From: an uncultured Verrucomicrobiae bacterium | Lineage (GTDB): Bacteria > Verrucomicrobiota > Verrucomicrobiia > Chthoniobacterales > Chthoniobacteraceae | Direction of reading: 5' to 3' | Length of the DNA stretch: 64,000 nucleotides | NCBI GenBank assembly: GCA_963828525.1 | Contig: CAWHEP010000008.1 | Location: forward strand, 224,001 to 288,000 | Shown here: piece after piece, positions 50,106 to 62,576 of the stretch | Layout: each line of letters starts with the position of its first letter | How positions within the stretch are numbered: position 1 is the first letter of the stretch | Made by a program: the position numbers and the translations under genes | Notes under the pieces: generated by a model | What the model was told of the DNA's origin: nothing | Database searches by the model: none | Seen by the model: the letters and a program-made list of their open reading frames with translations, nothing else

Positions 50106-51264
50106 CTACGGCTTCAGGACGACCTTCACACAGTCATCCTTCTTCTCGGAAAAAATCTGGTAGCCGCGGGGAGCTTCGCTGAGCGGGAGACGGTGCGAAA
50201 TGATGTCGTCGAGCTTGATTTCACGGCGTTCCAGGTGGCCGATGAGCGTGTCAATGTGCTTCTGCGCGGGCGCCTGGCCGAAGGCCATGAAAATACCTTT
50301 GTCGAATATTTGTCCGAGCGGAAAGGCATCATAAGGAATGCCATACACGCCAAGGACGGTGACCCAGCCTCCGCGGCGCACCGCGCTGATGCACGTCTTC
50401 AAAGCCTTGATGCTGCCGATCTGGCCGTGCCAGACATTGCCGAGCTTGTCCGCAAAGCCCCGGTCTGCCTCCATCCCCACCGCATCCACGCACACGTCAG
50501 CGCCGCGCCCTTCGGTCATTTCACGGATCGCCTCGACCGGATCTGTCTCGTGAGCATTGATCGTTTCGGAGTTTGCAGTTCTACGCGCGGCCTCAAGGCG
50601 GTAGTTCTGAATATCCACGCCGATCACGCGCTTCGCGCCGCGCAGCCACGCCGATTTTTGTGCCATGAGTCCCACGGGGCCGCAGCCCATCACGGCAACG
50701 GTCTCGCCGCCTTTGACGCCCGCCCAATCGATACCGGAGTACCCGGTCGGGAAGATATCCGTCAGGAAAAGCAATTCTTCATCCGAGAAGCCTTCCGGAG
50801 CTTTGCGCGGCCCGAAGTTGGCATACGGGACGCGGACGTATTCCGCCTGCCCGCCTGAATAGCCGCCATAAAGGTCAGTGTAACCAAAAAGGGCGCCGCC
50901 TTTCTGAGTTAGAAGCCCGCCCTCAGGGCCATAGTTATCCGGGATTCGAATTCTCGCAATGGCCAGGAAGATCGTGATGGCAGAAAAAACAGGCTCCGCA
51001 CGCTATGGGGAACGGAACGACCACGCGATCTCCTTTCGCAACACGGGTCACGGCGGAGCCGGTCTCCTCGACTATGCCCATGAACTCGTGTCCCAGCACC
51101 ATGTCTTTTAGCTGCGGGAAGAAGCCGTTGTAGATATGCAGGTCGGACCCGCAGATGGCCGTTGACGTCACGCGAAGGACGATGTCCTCCGGATGCTCGA
51201 TCTTCGGATCTGGAACATCATTCACTTCAACGCGGCCTGGGTGGTGGAAAACGAGCGCTTTCAT
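50106..51264 (-). CDS. Zinc-dependent alcohol/aldehyde dehydrogenase (FDH-like MDR); 1-nt frameshift at about 50942
   Basis: ICGSDLH, GHEFMG, CGACFFC, TDIFPTGY and GCGPVG; removing one C restores SNPDNYGPEGG. Confidence 0.92.
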
Positions 51265-51435
51265 ATGGGGGAGCCTGTCGCTGGGCTGAAAGCCCACATT
51301 TGTTTAACAAGGGAAACGGCGACAACCTTGTATCTGGTTGTTCCGAATTGCCAAAATATCGAGTTCGCCGGCCTCGCGGCTCAATCGGGGAGATCGTCCC
51401 TCAGGTTAACGCAGCCGGGATGCCGCGCGGCAGCC

Positions 51436-52845
51436 TTACGGCACCTGGCGAATCTGGATGGTGTCGATGACCTTGTCGTGAGCAAGGACGTTGGTGATGA
51501 CAACGAGCCAGCTCGTGGCGTCACACCAACTCTTGCCTTTCAACTCATTCAGCGCGTTCTCGATGGTCTGTTCCGGATCTTCGCTGAACTCCATAAGGAA
51601 TGGCTCGACACCCCAAGGCAGCAGCAGTTGGCGGAAAACAGTTTCGACATCTGTGAACGCATAAATCGGGACACGACCGCGCAGAGCGGCGAGCGTATAA
51701 CCGAGGAAGCCGCTGCGGGTAAACACGACGATGCCGGAGTTGCCAAGCTCCTGCGCGAGAACGATGGCAGAGCGGAGCATCTTTGACTTCGGTTCCTTGA
51801 GACGGATGACTTCGTTGATGCCACGCTTCTCGGTCGGCTCCGTGCTCTGGATGATGTTTTTCAGGACGTCCACACACTCGAGCGGATAAAGGCCGGTGGT
51901 GGTTTCCCCCGACAGCATCACGGCATCGGCTCGTTCGCGCACAGCGGTTGCCACGTCCGAAATCTCCGCGCGGGTGGGCATAGGTGCCGAGATCATCGAT
52001 TCCAGCAATTGGGTGGCAATAATCACCGGCTTCCCTTCGGCCATGCATGTCTCAACGATGCGGCTTTGGACGAGCGGCAGGACGAAGTAGTCGATCTCAA
52101 TCCCCAGATCGCCGCGCGCCACCATCACCGCATCCGACGCGGCGACGATGCTCTCAAGGTTGCGCAGTCCAGCCTGGTCTTCAATCTTGGCCACGATGCG
52201 CGCCTTTGAACCCAGTCCCTCAAGAAAGTTGCGGAGGGTGACGATATCCTCACTGCGGCGGACGAAAGACATTGCCACAAAATCGATGCCCGCCGTGACG
52301 CCAACCCGGATGTCGCGCTCGTCCTTTTCCGTAAGGGAGGGGAGGTTCACGTCCACACCCGGGAGATTTATGTGGCGCCGTGAGCCGAGCTTGCCGGGGG
52401 TAAGCACTTTGCACCGGACGCAGGTCTCATTTTTTTCAAGCACCTCGAAACGCATCAGACCGCTGTCCACAAGCACGGTCGCGCCCACCTTCACGTCGGC
52501 GGGGAAACCCGCGTAGTTCACATCGATCCCGCGGACAGATTCCGCCGGCTTGCTCGTATGAAATTCAAAGAATTCCCCGGCTTTCAACTCAATCGCAACG
52601 GCGACAACGCCGGTGCGGATTTCGGGGCCTTTTACATCCATCATGACAGCCACGTGACGCCCGGCGCTGGCAGATACTTCGCGAATTCGCTGGATGAGTG
52701 ACGTCGTCCATTCCCCGGTGGCATGCGCCATATTGAGACGCATCACATCGACCCCGGCCCGAATCAGCTCATCAAGTTTCTCGGCGCTCTCCGTGGAAGG
52801 CCCAAGGGTCGCAATGATTTTGGTGTGTCGGTAATATCCTCGCAT
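51436..52845 (-). CDS. pyk: Pyruvate kinase
   Basis: TKIIATLGP, RLNMAH, KGPEIRTG, AKIE, MVARGDLG, PTRAE and MLSGET. Confidence 0.97.
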   Translation of the reverse strand: MRGYYRHTKIIATLGPSTESAEKLDELIRAGVDVMRLNMAHATGEWTTSLIQRIREVSASAGRHVAVMMDVKGPEIRTGVVAVAIELKAGEFFEFHTSKPAESVRGIDVNYAGFPADVKVGATVLVDSGLMRFEVLEKNETCVRCKVLTPGKLGSRRHINLPGVDVNLPSLTEKDERDIRVGVTAGIDFVAMSFVRRSEDIVTLRNFLEGLGSKARIVAKIEDQAGLRNLESIVAASDAVMVARGDLGIEIDYFVLPLVQSRIVETCMAEGKPVIIATQLLESMISAPMPTRAEISDVATAVRERADAVMLSGETTTGLYPLECVDVLKNIIQSTEPTEKRGINEVIRLKEPKSKMLRSAIVLAQELGNSGIVVFTRSGFLGYTLAALRGRVPIYAFTDVETVFRQLLLPWGVEPFLMEFSEDPEQTIENALNELKGKSWCDATSWLVVITNVLAHDKVIDTIQIRQVP

Positions 52846-52980
52846 CTTTTTGGAATCGATTTGGTAAATTCACAACGCCGTTTTCGACGCCATGGATTCG
52901 AAGCGAGGGAGATTCGACGAACCGGCCCTCATGTAACAAGGCGCTGAGCTCCCGTAAAGGGGAAATCTGGATTTTCCCGC

Positions 52981-54503
<1,523 letters not shown>

Positions 54504-54527
54504 AATTGTTTGAACTACTCAGTAAAC

Positions 54528-55709
54528 TTAGATTCCAGCACGCTCCAGCATCGACACCAGGACTTTCCCTGATTCAAAGTTTTCTTGGGCAATCTCTCGT
54601 GCTGCCCGGGAATGCGCCGTGTAGTCCGAGTTGATCATTTCCACAGCTTCGGCGATCTCCTCGACGGTGGAGAAGGAAAACAAGCCCTTTTTTGCGCCGC
54701 CGTAGTATGAAGTGAATCCGGTCTCTTGCGTGATGACCGGACGCCCAGCAGCCAGGTAGCAGGCTGAACGATCACTGAACCAACCGGTGTTTAGCCGGAC
54801 ATACTGGTCTTTTGCAACAGTGAACTCACCTTTGGAATTCTGTAGATAACCGACATAACTATCATAGTCGATACTCATCTCCACTGGGCTCACGAAGCGC
54901 CATCGATTCCGCACAAATAATTCAAACGTCTCTTTGTCCTTGATCGTGGTGGCAAGTTCAAAAACCTCTCCCGAACGCCGCGGCGCTGCCACGAATTTCA
55001 AGAACTCCAGCGACTTGCTCCAAAGATACTTCTCGCCCCGCCATTCCATGTCTTTCAATCCGCTCGTGGACCAATTTGCGACCGTAGTAAAAATCGCGCC
55101 CTCGCGGCGGTCACGCCTTGAGCCGCCCACAAATCGGTGACAATCGGCTGGCGTGTCGGGCATCCATCTGAGACCATGCGCGGGCACGGGAAACTTTTCC
55201 GTGCCGACGTTTTCGCCAAACGTGAAAAGCGCGTGATGTTTTCCAAGGTAGTCGATTGTCGATTCGGCACCTTGATCGACTTTTATTTGTTCCACGCCAG
55301 GGTCGCTTTCGACATACAGGATCCGATTGCTCTGTAGCAAATCCTCGTTGAACTCCTGGGTGCCGCAAATATTGAGAACGGCGTCTGCCTCACGATACAG
55401 CGCAACGATGCGTCTTTTTGTCAAAGCCAGCGCAATCGTGTCCCGGAAGATATCGCGCGCAATAAGCCCCAGCGACTGCTCAAACCCAAACTGGACGCCA
55501 GCTTCGCGAGAATCCGCGCGGCATAGCTGTAGTCTTCATTGAGATCGAAAGTGATCGGGTTGTAGGCGAAGCGCGCCGAGTCCTCGATATAATAGACATC
55601 ATGCCCGAGCCGCTGGAGGCCCACGATGTAATGGATGTGCTGCCAGATGACCCCGGCGATCGGGACACCCGCCCATGAAACCCATGACAACGATCTTCTT
55701 CTTGTCCAT
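54528..55709 (-). CDS. GT-B glycosyltransferase-like protein (CgeB-like C-terminus), frameshifted near the 5' end
   Basis: AGVIWQHIHYIVGLQRLGHDVYYIED and VAKDQYV..TGWFSDRSACYLAAGRPVITQETGF. Confidence 0.75.
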
Positions 55710-55727
55710 CGGCCTCGGCGGACAGAC

Positions 55728-56315
55728 TCAAGCCAACTGCTTCACGATCACGGCGGGATTCCCGGCGACGACCACATTCTGAGGGATGCTTTTTGTTACT
55801 ACCGATCCGGCCGCGACGACGGAATTCTCACCGATTGAAACGCCCTTTAGCACAATTGCGTTCATGCCAATCCAAACGTTATCAGCGATGCGGACGGGGC
55901 GCGCCTCCAACTTCGGTCGCTGCGGCCGATCCTTGAAGTAAGGCGCGAGAGCCATCGCATCGATACGGCGCTGCGCCGGAGCAAGCGGGTGAAAGTCGGA
56001 GTCCGCGATGCCGACATTCCACGAGATCAGGCAATGGGAGCCAATTTCGATGCGCTCCTCCGCCATGATCAGCGCGCCATTGAGCAACGTGTAGTCGCCA
56101 ATGGAGCATGAGCCATTTTCTCCCAGCGCGAATGAGCAGCCTGCGTAGCAGGAGACATGCAGGCCCATCTCCACCGCGGGATCAACCTTGCTGCGCATCA
56201 TCCGGAAAATTTGCGCTGTTTCCACATATAGTCCCTCCTTCCAGACAACATTCGGGGGGATGGGCTTGCCCCACCAGTCTTCCTGCACCCTGCGATCCGC
56301 GTTTACATTGCTCAT
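55728..56315 (-). CDS. Hexapeptide-repeat (LbH) O-acetyltransferase
   Basis: [21 protein letters not shown] and [13 protein letters not shown]...VVAGNPA. Confidence 0.92.
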   Translation of the reverse strand: MSNVNADRRVQEDWWGKPIPPNVVWKEGLYVETAQIFRMMRSKVDPAVEMGLHVSCYAGCSFALGENGSCSIGDYTLLNGALIMAEERIEIGSHCLISWNVGIADSDFHPLAPAQRRIDAMALAPYFKDRPQRPKLEARPVRIADNVWIGMNAIVLKGVSIGENSVVAAGSVVTKSIPQNVVVAGNPAVIVKQLA

Positions 56316-58095
56316 AAGTCGCCGTGATATTCGCCGAACGGCACAGGGCCGCGTAGACGCCAGCGCGCTGGATAAGTCCTTCCCCGCTCCTTGCTCAACA
56401 ACCCTGCCATTGTCGAGAACGACGATCTTCCCGATATCATGCACGGCGGCGATGCGATGGGTAATAATGAGAGTAGTCCTGTCCTTTCATTAGATCTTTG
56501 ATGGTTTCCATGATGGCATGTTCGGTCGAGGCGTCTAGCGCGGACGTCGGTTCATCGAGCAAGGAGGACGGGGGCATTTTTGAGAAACGCCGCTGCGATG
56601 CCGATGCGCTGGCGCTGGCCCACACTGAGATGGCCGCCGCGTTCGCCGACCTGGCTCCGATATTGGTCCGGCATTTGCATGATGAAGTTGTGCGCCTGCG
56701 CCCGGCGCGCCGCCGCCATGATTTCTTCCTCGGTGGCATCGGGTCTGCCATAGGCGATGTTTTCGCGGATGGTGGTGGAGAACAGAAGCGTGTCTTGCAG
56801 CACAATGCTGATCTGGTCGCGCAGCGACTTCTTGGTCACCTTCGCGGACATCCTCGCCATCCAGCAAAAGTCTGCCGGCGGTGGGATCGTAGAATCTGGG
56901 CACCAGGCTAAGGAGTGTGCTTTTCCCGGCCCCGGTTCCGCCGACGAAGGCAACCGTTTCCCCTGGTTCGACCCTCACATTCACGCCTCGAAAGAATAAG
57001 ACGTCCCGGTTCATAGCCGAAGGAGACGTCTTCAAACACGACGCCTCCCTTTGCCTGCCGTAGGGCGCTTCGCCCCGGGTGCGTCACTTGACCTCGTCTT
57101 CCTTGTCGAGGATCTCAAAACAGCGTTGGGCACCGGCCGCGGCCCCCTCCAGCGCCCAGGCGGTGTAAGTCAGCGGCTCCAAGAGGCTGGTAAAGCATCA
57201 CGAGGTACGAAGCAAAGATCAGCAGGGTTCCCAGGCTGAGCCGGCCTTCAAGAACATGCAGCGAGCCAAGAGAATACATCAGGGCCGTTCCCACGGCCAT
57301 GAGTGTGCCGATCACCAGCGCGCTGCTCACGGAAGTCATCGTAAGCTTAAGGTTTGCCTCGAGGCTCTCCTCGCGCCTGACGGCGAAACTGGTTCACTTC
57401 GAACTCCTCCCGCCCAAAGGCGTGCACCATGCGAATGGAGCTCAGCCCCTCCTGCGCGACCGCAAGCAGAGCGCTTTCCCGCTCTTGGATCGTCGTGGAT
57501 TGGCTGCGGATGCGATTCGCATAGTAGTAGATGGCAATCACGATGAATGGGACGATCCCCATCGAAAGCAGAGTCAGTTGCAGATCGAGGCACCACATCA
57601 CGGCGAAAGTGCTCAGAGAGGTGACAACCGAGTTCAGGATATTGCTGAATCCCTTGTTATAGATAGTCTGGATCGCCTGCGAGTCGTATGCGACGCGGAA
57701 GCTGGAGTCGCTGCTTCGGCGGCTGTCGTGAAATTTCAGGGGAAGGGACTGGAGGTAGGCATAAAGCTCGGTGCGCAGCTTGAGCAAAGCCTGCAAGCCG
57801 GCTTTCACGAAAAGCAGGCTCGTCGCGAGGTTGAGAAATCCCGCCAGGAGGTGAACCAGCACGAGAAAACCGCATAGCGCGATGATGATCTGCTCCGGGG
57901 AGGCGCTGCCGAGGTCATGCCCAAGGATGATGTGCTTCGCGCCGCGAGGCACCGGCAGCAGGTCGTCCACAATGAACTTAAACGGCCAGGGCTTTAAGAG
58001 ATTGAGGCCGATCGACAGAAAGTAAGGAGTGTCGCCGTAATTGTCTCCCCTATGAACGGTTTAAAATAAACCAGGGTTCTGCGATAGACGGACAT
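56312..58095 (-). CDS. ABC exporter (MsbA-like TMD + NBD); several frameshifts; 3' end approximate
   Basis: [11 protein letters not shown] start, TM domain, [31 protein letters not shown] and LDEPTSALD across frames. Confidence 0.85.
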
Positions 58096-58209
58096 CCGAG
58101 AAGAGGGAATACGCCATGCGGCTAAATTGCAACCTCCTGATTGGGGACGGGGCTTGGCACCGCCTTCGGATTGCTATAGGGTTGCCGCCCTTTGAATCCC
58201 GTCCAATCC

Positions 58210-58862
58210 ATGGAACGCAATAAGCTGATCGAAACCGCCCGCGACTGGCGGCGCATCCTGGCGGGCCTTCGGAATAAGCTGCTGGCCGGCATAGTGGTGG
58301 CCATCCCGATCGTCGTGACGATCTGGGTGCTGAACCTGGCCTACACGTTCATCAACGGCATCAGCGCCCCGTTTCTCGCCAACCTCGGCATAAAAAACGT
58401 TCCCGGCTCTCGGGTTCATCGTCACCCTTCTGCTCCTGCTCGCGCTCGGATTCATGGCCACGAATGTCATGGGCCAGAGGATCCTCGTCTCCGTGGAACG
58501 TCTTCTCCTCAGGGTGCCAGTGGTCGCCACCGTCTATACGGCGGTGAAGCAGGTGATAGATTCGGTGAAATCGTTCAACACCACAACGGTTTTAAGAGAG
58601 TCGTCTATGTCGAGTATCCCTTCGACGGGTTGCAGGCTCATAGGTTTTGTAACTGGCCAATTCTACGACGAGGTCCTTGGGCGCGAGATGACCGCCGTTG
58701 TGATTCCCACCGCCCCCAGCCCCATGACTGGCCTGGTCGTGGTGGTGGAATCAGATCGCGTGATCGAGACAGGCCTCGGGTCTGGAAGAAGCGATGAAAC
58801 TCATCGTTTCAGCAGGCCTGGTTGCACCGAGGCGCAAAGGGGCCGCGACTCACCCCGTGTAG
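58210..58862 (+). CDS. DUF502 membrane protein, frameshifted
   Basis: LLAGIVVAIPIVVT, RVPVVATVYTAVKQ, VYVEYP, IPTAPSPMTG and EEAMKLIVSAG. Confidence 0.85.
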
Positions 58863-58958
58863 CTGGTTCGACGCGAAGCGCCTGGTGGAAGGGATGCAAG
58901 GCTCGCCGGATTCCGTCGCGGTGGGATGATTACAGAGGCTTCAGCAGATCGATTACCG

Positions 58959-59075
58959 TCACCTGCGTTTGCGCTGAGCCTTGTAGTCATACGAACGCTC
59001 ATAGTCTATGGAGCCAAACAGCTCGAGGATGTCCTTTAGCCTACGGCACTGAACGTATTTCCGGAGCGAGGTTCG
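58959..59075 (-). pseudogene. C-terminal remnant of a VapB-like (DUF2191-type) antitoxin
   Basis: SLRKYVQCRRLKDILELFGSIDYERSYDYKAQRKRR; N-terminal half and cognate PIN toxin not seen. Confidence 0.55.
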
Positions 59076-59115
59076 CCGAATCTTCACGCGCCCGAATCCG
59101 GCAGTGGCGAATGAC

Positions 59116-59463
59116 TTACTTTTCCTCTCTCGTAGCAAAGTATTTCTCAAGCAACGCGCAAATTTCTGGAACGTAGATGGTGGCGACCTGCCACACAATG
59201 CTCAAATCGACGTTCGCGTAGTCGTGGGCAACGATATTCCGCATTCCTCGCATCTTCCGGAACGGAAGTTCGGGAACGGCTTCCCGGGTTTCACTGGTCA
59301 GATGGGAAGTGGCTTCCCCAATGATTTCGATGCGCCGGATGACAGCGTCCTGGGTGCGCGCGTCGGACTGAAAATCCCCTTCAACTCTGTCTTTCACATA
59401 CGACGCGATCAGATGCGACGCTGCCAGGATATCTCGCAGCCGCCCTCGTTGATCAGCCTCCAT
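59116..59463 (-). CDS. hepT: HEPN RNase toxin (HepT/DUF86)
   Basis: DAVIRRIEIIGEA and RNIVAHDY (Rx4HxY motif). Confidence 0.92.
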   Translation of the reverse strand: MEADQRGRLRDILAASHLIASYVKDRVEGDFQSDARTQDAVIRRIEIIGEATSHLTSETREAVPELPFRKMRGMRNIVAHDYANVDLSIVWQVATIYVPEICALLEKYFATREEK

Positions 59464-59779
59464 AGATACGGACCGCCGTTGAGAGAATGTGATCGCGCGC
59501 AAGGCGGTTCGGGGATTTCTCAATCGAAGGGCGCAGTACGAAATCCACAGGGCGTCCGACTAATTCCTCGGCTTCGCCTGCCATTTCCAGCAACTGGCCG
59601 GTTGAGACTGGCAACGACTCGTCGAGTGTTACAAGCAAATCCACATCGCTGCCAGGCGTCGACCTGCCGCGCGCGGCGGAACCAAACAAATCCAATCGGC
59701 GGAGACGATGCTTCTCGCAGAATGGACGCAGGCGTTCTCCCAGTTCCACTAAAGAAAGCCCGTTATCATCTTGCCGCAC
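59453..59779 (-). CDS. mntA: Minimal nucleotidyltransferase antitoxin (MNT)
   Basis: LFGSAARG...SDVDLLV...VDFV; overlaps the HEPN gene. Confidence 0.92.
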   Translation of the reverse strand: MRQDDNGLSLVELGERLRPFCEKHRLRRLDLFGSAARGRSTPGSDVDLLVTLDESLPVSTGQLLEMAGEAEELVGRPVDFVLRPSIEKSPNRLARDHILSTAVRIYGG

Positions 59780-59859
59780 CCAAAAAAGGTAACTGCTCGA
59801 AGCGGCTCTATCAAGCGTCGTTGATCTGGACGCCCCGCCGGAGTCTGATCGACCCTAAG

Positions 59860-60250
59860 TTACCCTCCCACGAAAAGCCTGCGGAATATGTCGGCAAATC
59901 CCGCCTTGGTCACCTGTTTTGCGGCGATGCCGATCATGGCGTTGTAGAGCCGTCCCTGTTCTTCGTCGCCCGGTATGTGCGCATGGCCATTCACTGCAAG
60001 AAACGCGAGCCCCGCCGCGATGGCAGTGCGTTTATTTCCATCCAGGAACGCCTGTGCTTCGGAAATATGAAACGCGTAAGTTGCCGCGATCTGAAATGCG
60101 TCCGCGCCGGCATAATGCCACGCGTTGCGGGCGGCAGCGACTGCTGATTCGATCAACCCAGGTTCCCGAACCCCCTCTGTCCCTCCGTATAGCTCAAGAG
60201 ACCGGCGGTGCAGAACCATGACTTGCTCTCCGTGAGGAAAACGGGAGCAG
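59860..60250 (-). CDS. doc: Fic/Doc family toxin with a QAFLDGNKR motif; 5' frameshift at about 60230
   Basis: H...YGG..GVRE.GLIESA and AYAFHISEAQAFLDGNKRTA-like segment; upstream frame gives PVFLTE. Confidence 0.82.
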
Positions 60251-60254
60251 CAAC

Positions 60255-60451
60255 CTATTTTGCAAGCCTTTCGAGCAAGCCCCCATAGTTTTGAAAAACA
60301 TGGTTGGCCGCCTTTTCAAACTCCCCATCGCTTGCCGGTCGGCCGGGCCGGGTGCGCCGGCGTCTTTAGATTTTCCACGAACGCTAAAACCGCCTCCCGC
60401 TCTCCAGGGACGCAGCGCCTTGATCTGTTCGATTATTTCGAGCGCACTCAT
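60255..60451 (-). CDS. Putative Doc-associated antitoxin, frameshifted
   Basis: MSALEIIEQIKAL start; another frame ends FEKAANHVFQNYGGLLERLAK*, directly upstream of the Doc gene. Confidence 0.6.
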
Positions 60452-60874
60452 TCACTGGATAATACTCGCTCCAAGCAGCGCTGGCAAATGGGGCCGCTTT
60501 AGAGGGGATGATCAATTCTCCGCCCGATAGAATCGCGGCAACCGAGGATTTTTACGTCGAGGCAGAGTCGACAATGCGCGTTAATGCGTTGGTCGCAGGT
60601 CACCCCTGGAACGCAGTGATCGTATGCTTGATTCTCGCGGCTGGCCTGAAATGCGGAAATACCGTACGCGATTAAAAATTGACCGAACACCGCGATATCG
60701 CCGAGCGGTTCACCCTTTGAGAATCTCCACCTGCCCAGACCTAGCCGAAGACCCTTACAATCTTTCTCCCCGGGCCAGTCATAAATTTGACGCCTGCCGT
60801 CGAAAGACAAATCCGGGCGTATGCAAGTGTCGATTCTCCTTGTTTGATACTCGCGCGGCTGCTCTCGTAGGAAG

Positions 60875-61686
60875 ATGAAATATCTACCTGAACTGTCCTA
60901 TCCGGAGTCTGAGAGGCCAAAGCTTGAACTCTTAGCTGAACTTTTTCGCGACTGGCATGATCATTTTGCGAAAGCAGGCTCCGCACTGTCGAAGTTGGCT
61001 GACAAGATGGTCTTCGACGGATTCTACCCTTTCTATTTCAGCCAGCCGAAACGAGTTCTCTTTATCGGGTGGGAGGCGCGTGAGATTGCAGGGTACAATT
61101 ATATCCATTGCTCTACCCAGCCTATCGCGGCTTAAAACTCATCGGATCGCAGAGTCTTGACGCAAGTCTTTTCCATAGCAGGATGATGTATATTGCTTAC
61201 GGTATCATGAACGGAATGCCTGCCTACAACACGCTTCCCTACGCGAGTGAGATAGGGCGCTCTTTCGGAACGGCGGGGGGCCTGAGCTTCGCGTTCATGA
61301 ACATCCTCCAAGGTGAGCAACGAAAGCGGTCGTCGCGATGTGGATCGGCCTTCAATCGAAGCGGCCGTCAAGCTGTCAACGACGACGTAACTTCATTAAG
61401 AGAACAGGTGGCCATTCTGGCACCAGACATCATCATCACGATGAACGCGGAGAATTGGCTTTTCCCAATAGCGGATAATCTCGAAGAGTCTCTGTTGGGT
61501 AAACTTACGCTGATTAGCCCTCGAACCTCGGATTCGATTGCGCCTCATTGGCTACACAGCGATAGCGGTCGCTCATTGCTTATCGACACTTTTCACTTGT
61601 CTGCGAATGGGAAAAACACCGAAGAGGATTTTTATCGCCCGATCTGCGAGGCGATAAGGTGCAACTTAGGGAGCGCAGGAACATGA
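60875..61686 (+). CDS. Hypothetical protein with uracil-DNA-glycosylase-like fold motifs; frameshifted
   Basis: RVLFIGWEAR, FAFMNI/SK, LREQVAILAPDIII and LIDTFHLS across frames. Confidence 0.55.
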
Positions 61687-61871
61687 ATGTGACATCGGCT
61701 GCGTTTGGGGTCGGAGAGCAAGGGCGGCGGGGGCCTACTTTGTGCAGATGATCTGAAGGCGGAAAAATCGGCACGCATCCACAGGAAAGGCGCTGACCTG
61801 AGCGCGGTGATCGGTCGCACGGGAAATCAGACCCAGGTCATTGCTCAAGGGGGCAAGGGAAGGCTCGCCCA

Positions 61872-62044
61872 TCATTGCAGCTTGAACGGGGAGGCCGACT
61901 GGTTCCGCAGAACGACAGACTGTCCAGGAGCGATGACGGCGTCGTTAGCGAGCGTGCCTCCGTTGTACCACCCAAACCCAAATAATAAGTGTAAACGGTG
62001 GCTGCTGAAGTATTGATTCCCTGCACTCCGTCGAACGTCAGCAC
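61872..62044 (-). pseudogene. Remnant resembling the C-terminus of a Verrucomicrobia TIGR02597-type exported protein
   Basis: VLTFDGVQGINTSAATVYTYY/..GWYNGGTLANDAVIAPGQSVVLR in two frames; no N-terminus. Confidence 0.4.
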
Positions 62045-62284
62045 TTGGGTCTGATCCGGCAGGGAAGGAAATGCGAGATTCCGGAAATAGAGGAAAGCCG
62101 CCCAAACCGTAGAGCAACAACCGCCGCGGTCTATACAAGTCGCGGTCGGTGTCTCCTCGAACCTCCGTACGTAACCGCTATCTTCAGAAAATAGAGGGCA
62201 TGAAAAACGCTTCGAGGATGGGACGTGTCACCGCCGCCCAATTCTACTTGTGCTCCCGGGCAAACCTCTTGCTCGAGTAGCTCC

Positions 62285-62542
62285 TCAAGCGCCGGCAAGT
62301 CTTCCTTGAATTGGTGAAAAGCTGTCGGACCTCGGGGCCGTCATTAAAGAAGGGACGTCGGACCATGTGAGGCCGTGGCATTCAATGAAATCCTCGCGGA
62401 ACCATCCATGTCCCTTGGGCGGACGCACGAGCCAGTGCCGGGACTCTGTAAGTTGGCGATCCTCGAACACGGCGATTCCGGCGGCGCAGATGCTCGCCTC
62501 GGAATGGTTCACCGTTTCAAAGTCGATGCTGGTGATGTTCAT
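62285..62542 (-). pseudogene. Truncated DEDDh (DnaQ-like) 3'-5' exonuclease
   Basis: IDFET ExoI motif, SICAAG and HGLTWSDV, then similarity stops; ExoII and ExoIII are absent. Confidence 0.7.
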
Positions 62543-62576
62543 CGTTTGGGAAAAGCGAAACACATAACCGCGCGTC

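Noticed and set aside
50935..50945. Programmed frameshift or stop readthrough in adh (also dsbD, TPR gene, MTase)
   Set aside because: No slippery heptamer or downstream stimulatory structure is evident, and single-base indels fit the error pattern seen in proS.
59104..60147. 347-aa plus-strand ORF
   Set aside because: It lies antisense to the HEPN, MNT and Doc genes, has no recognisable motif, and is best explained as a shadow ORF.
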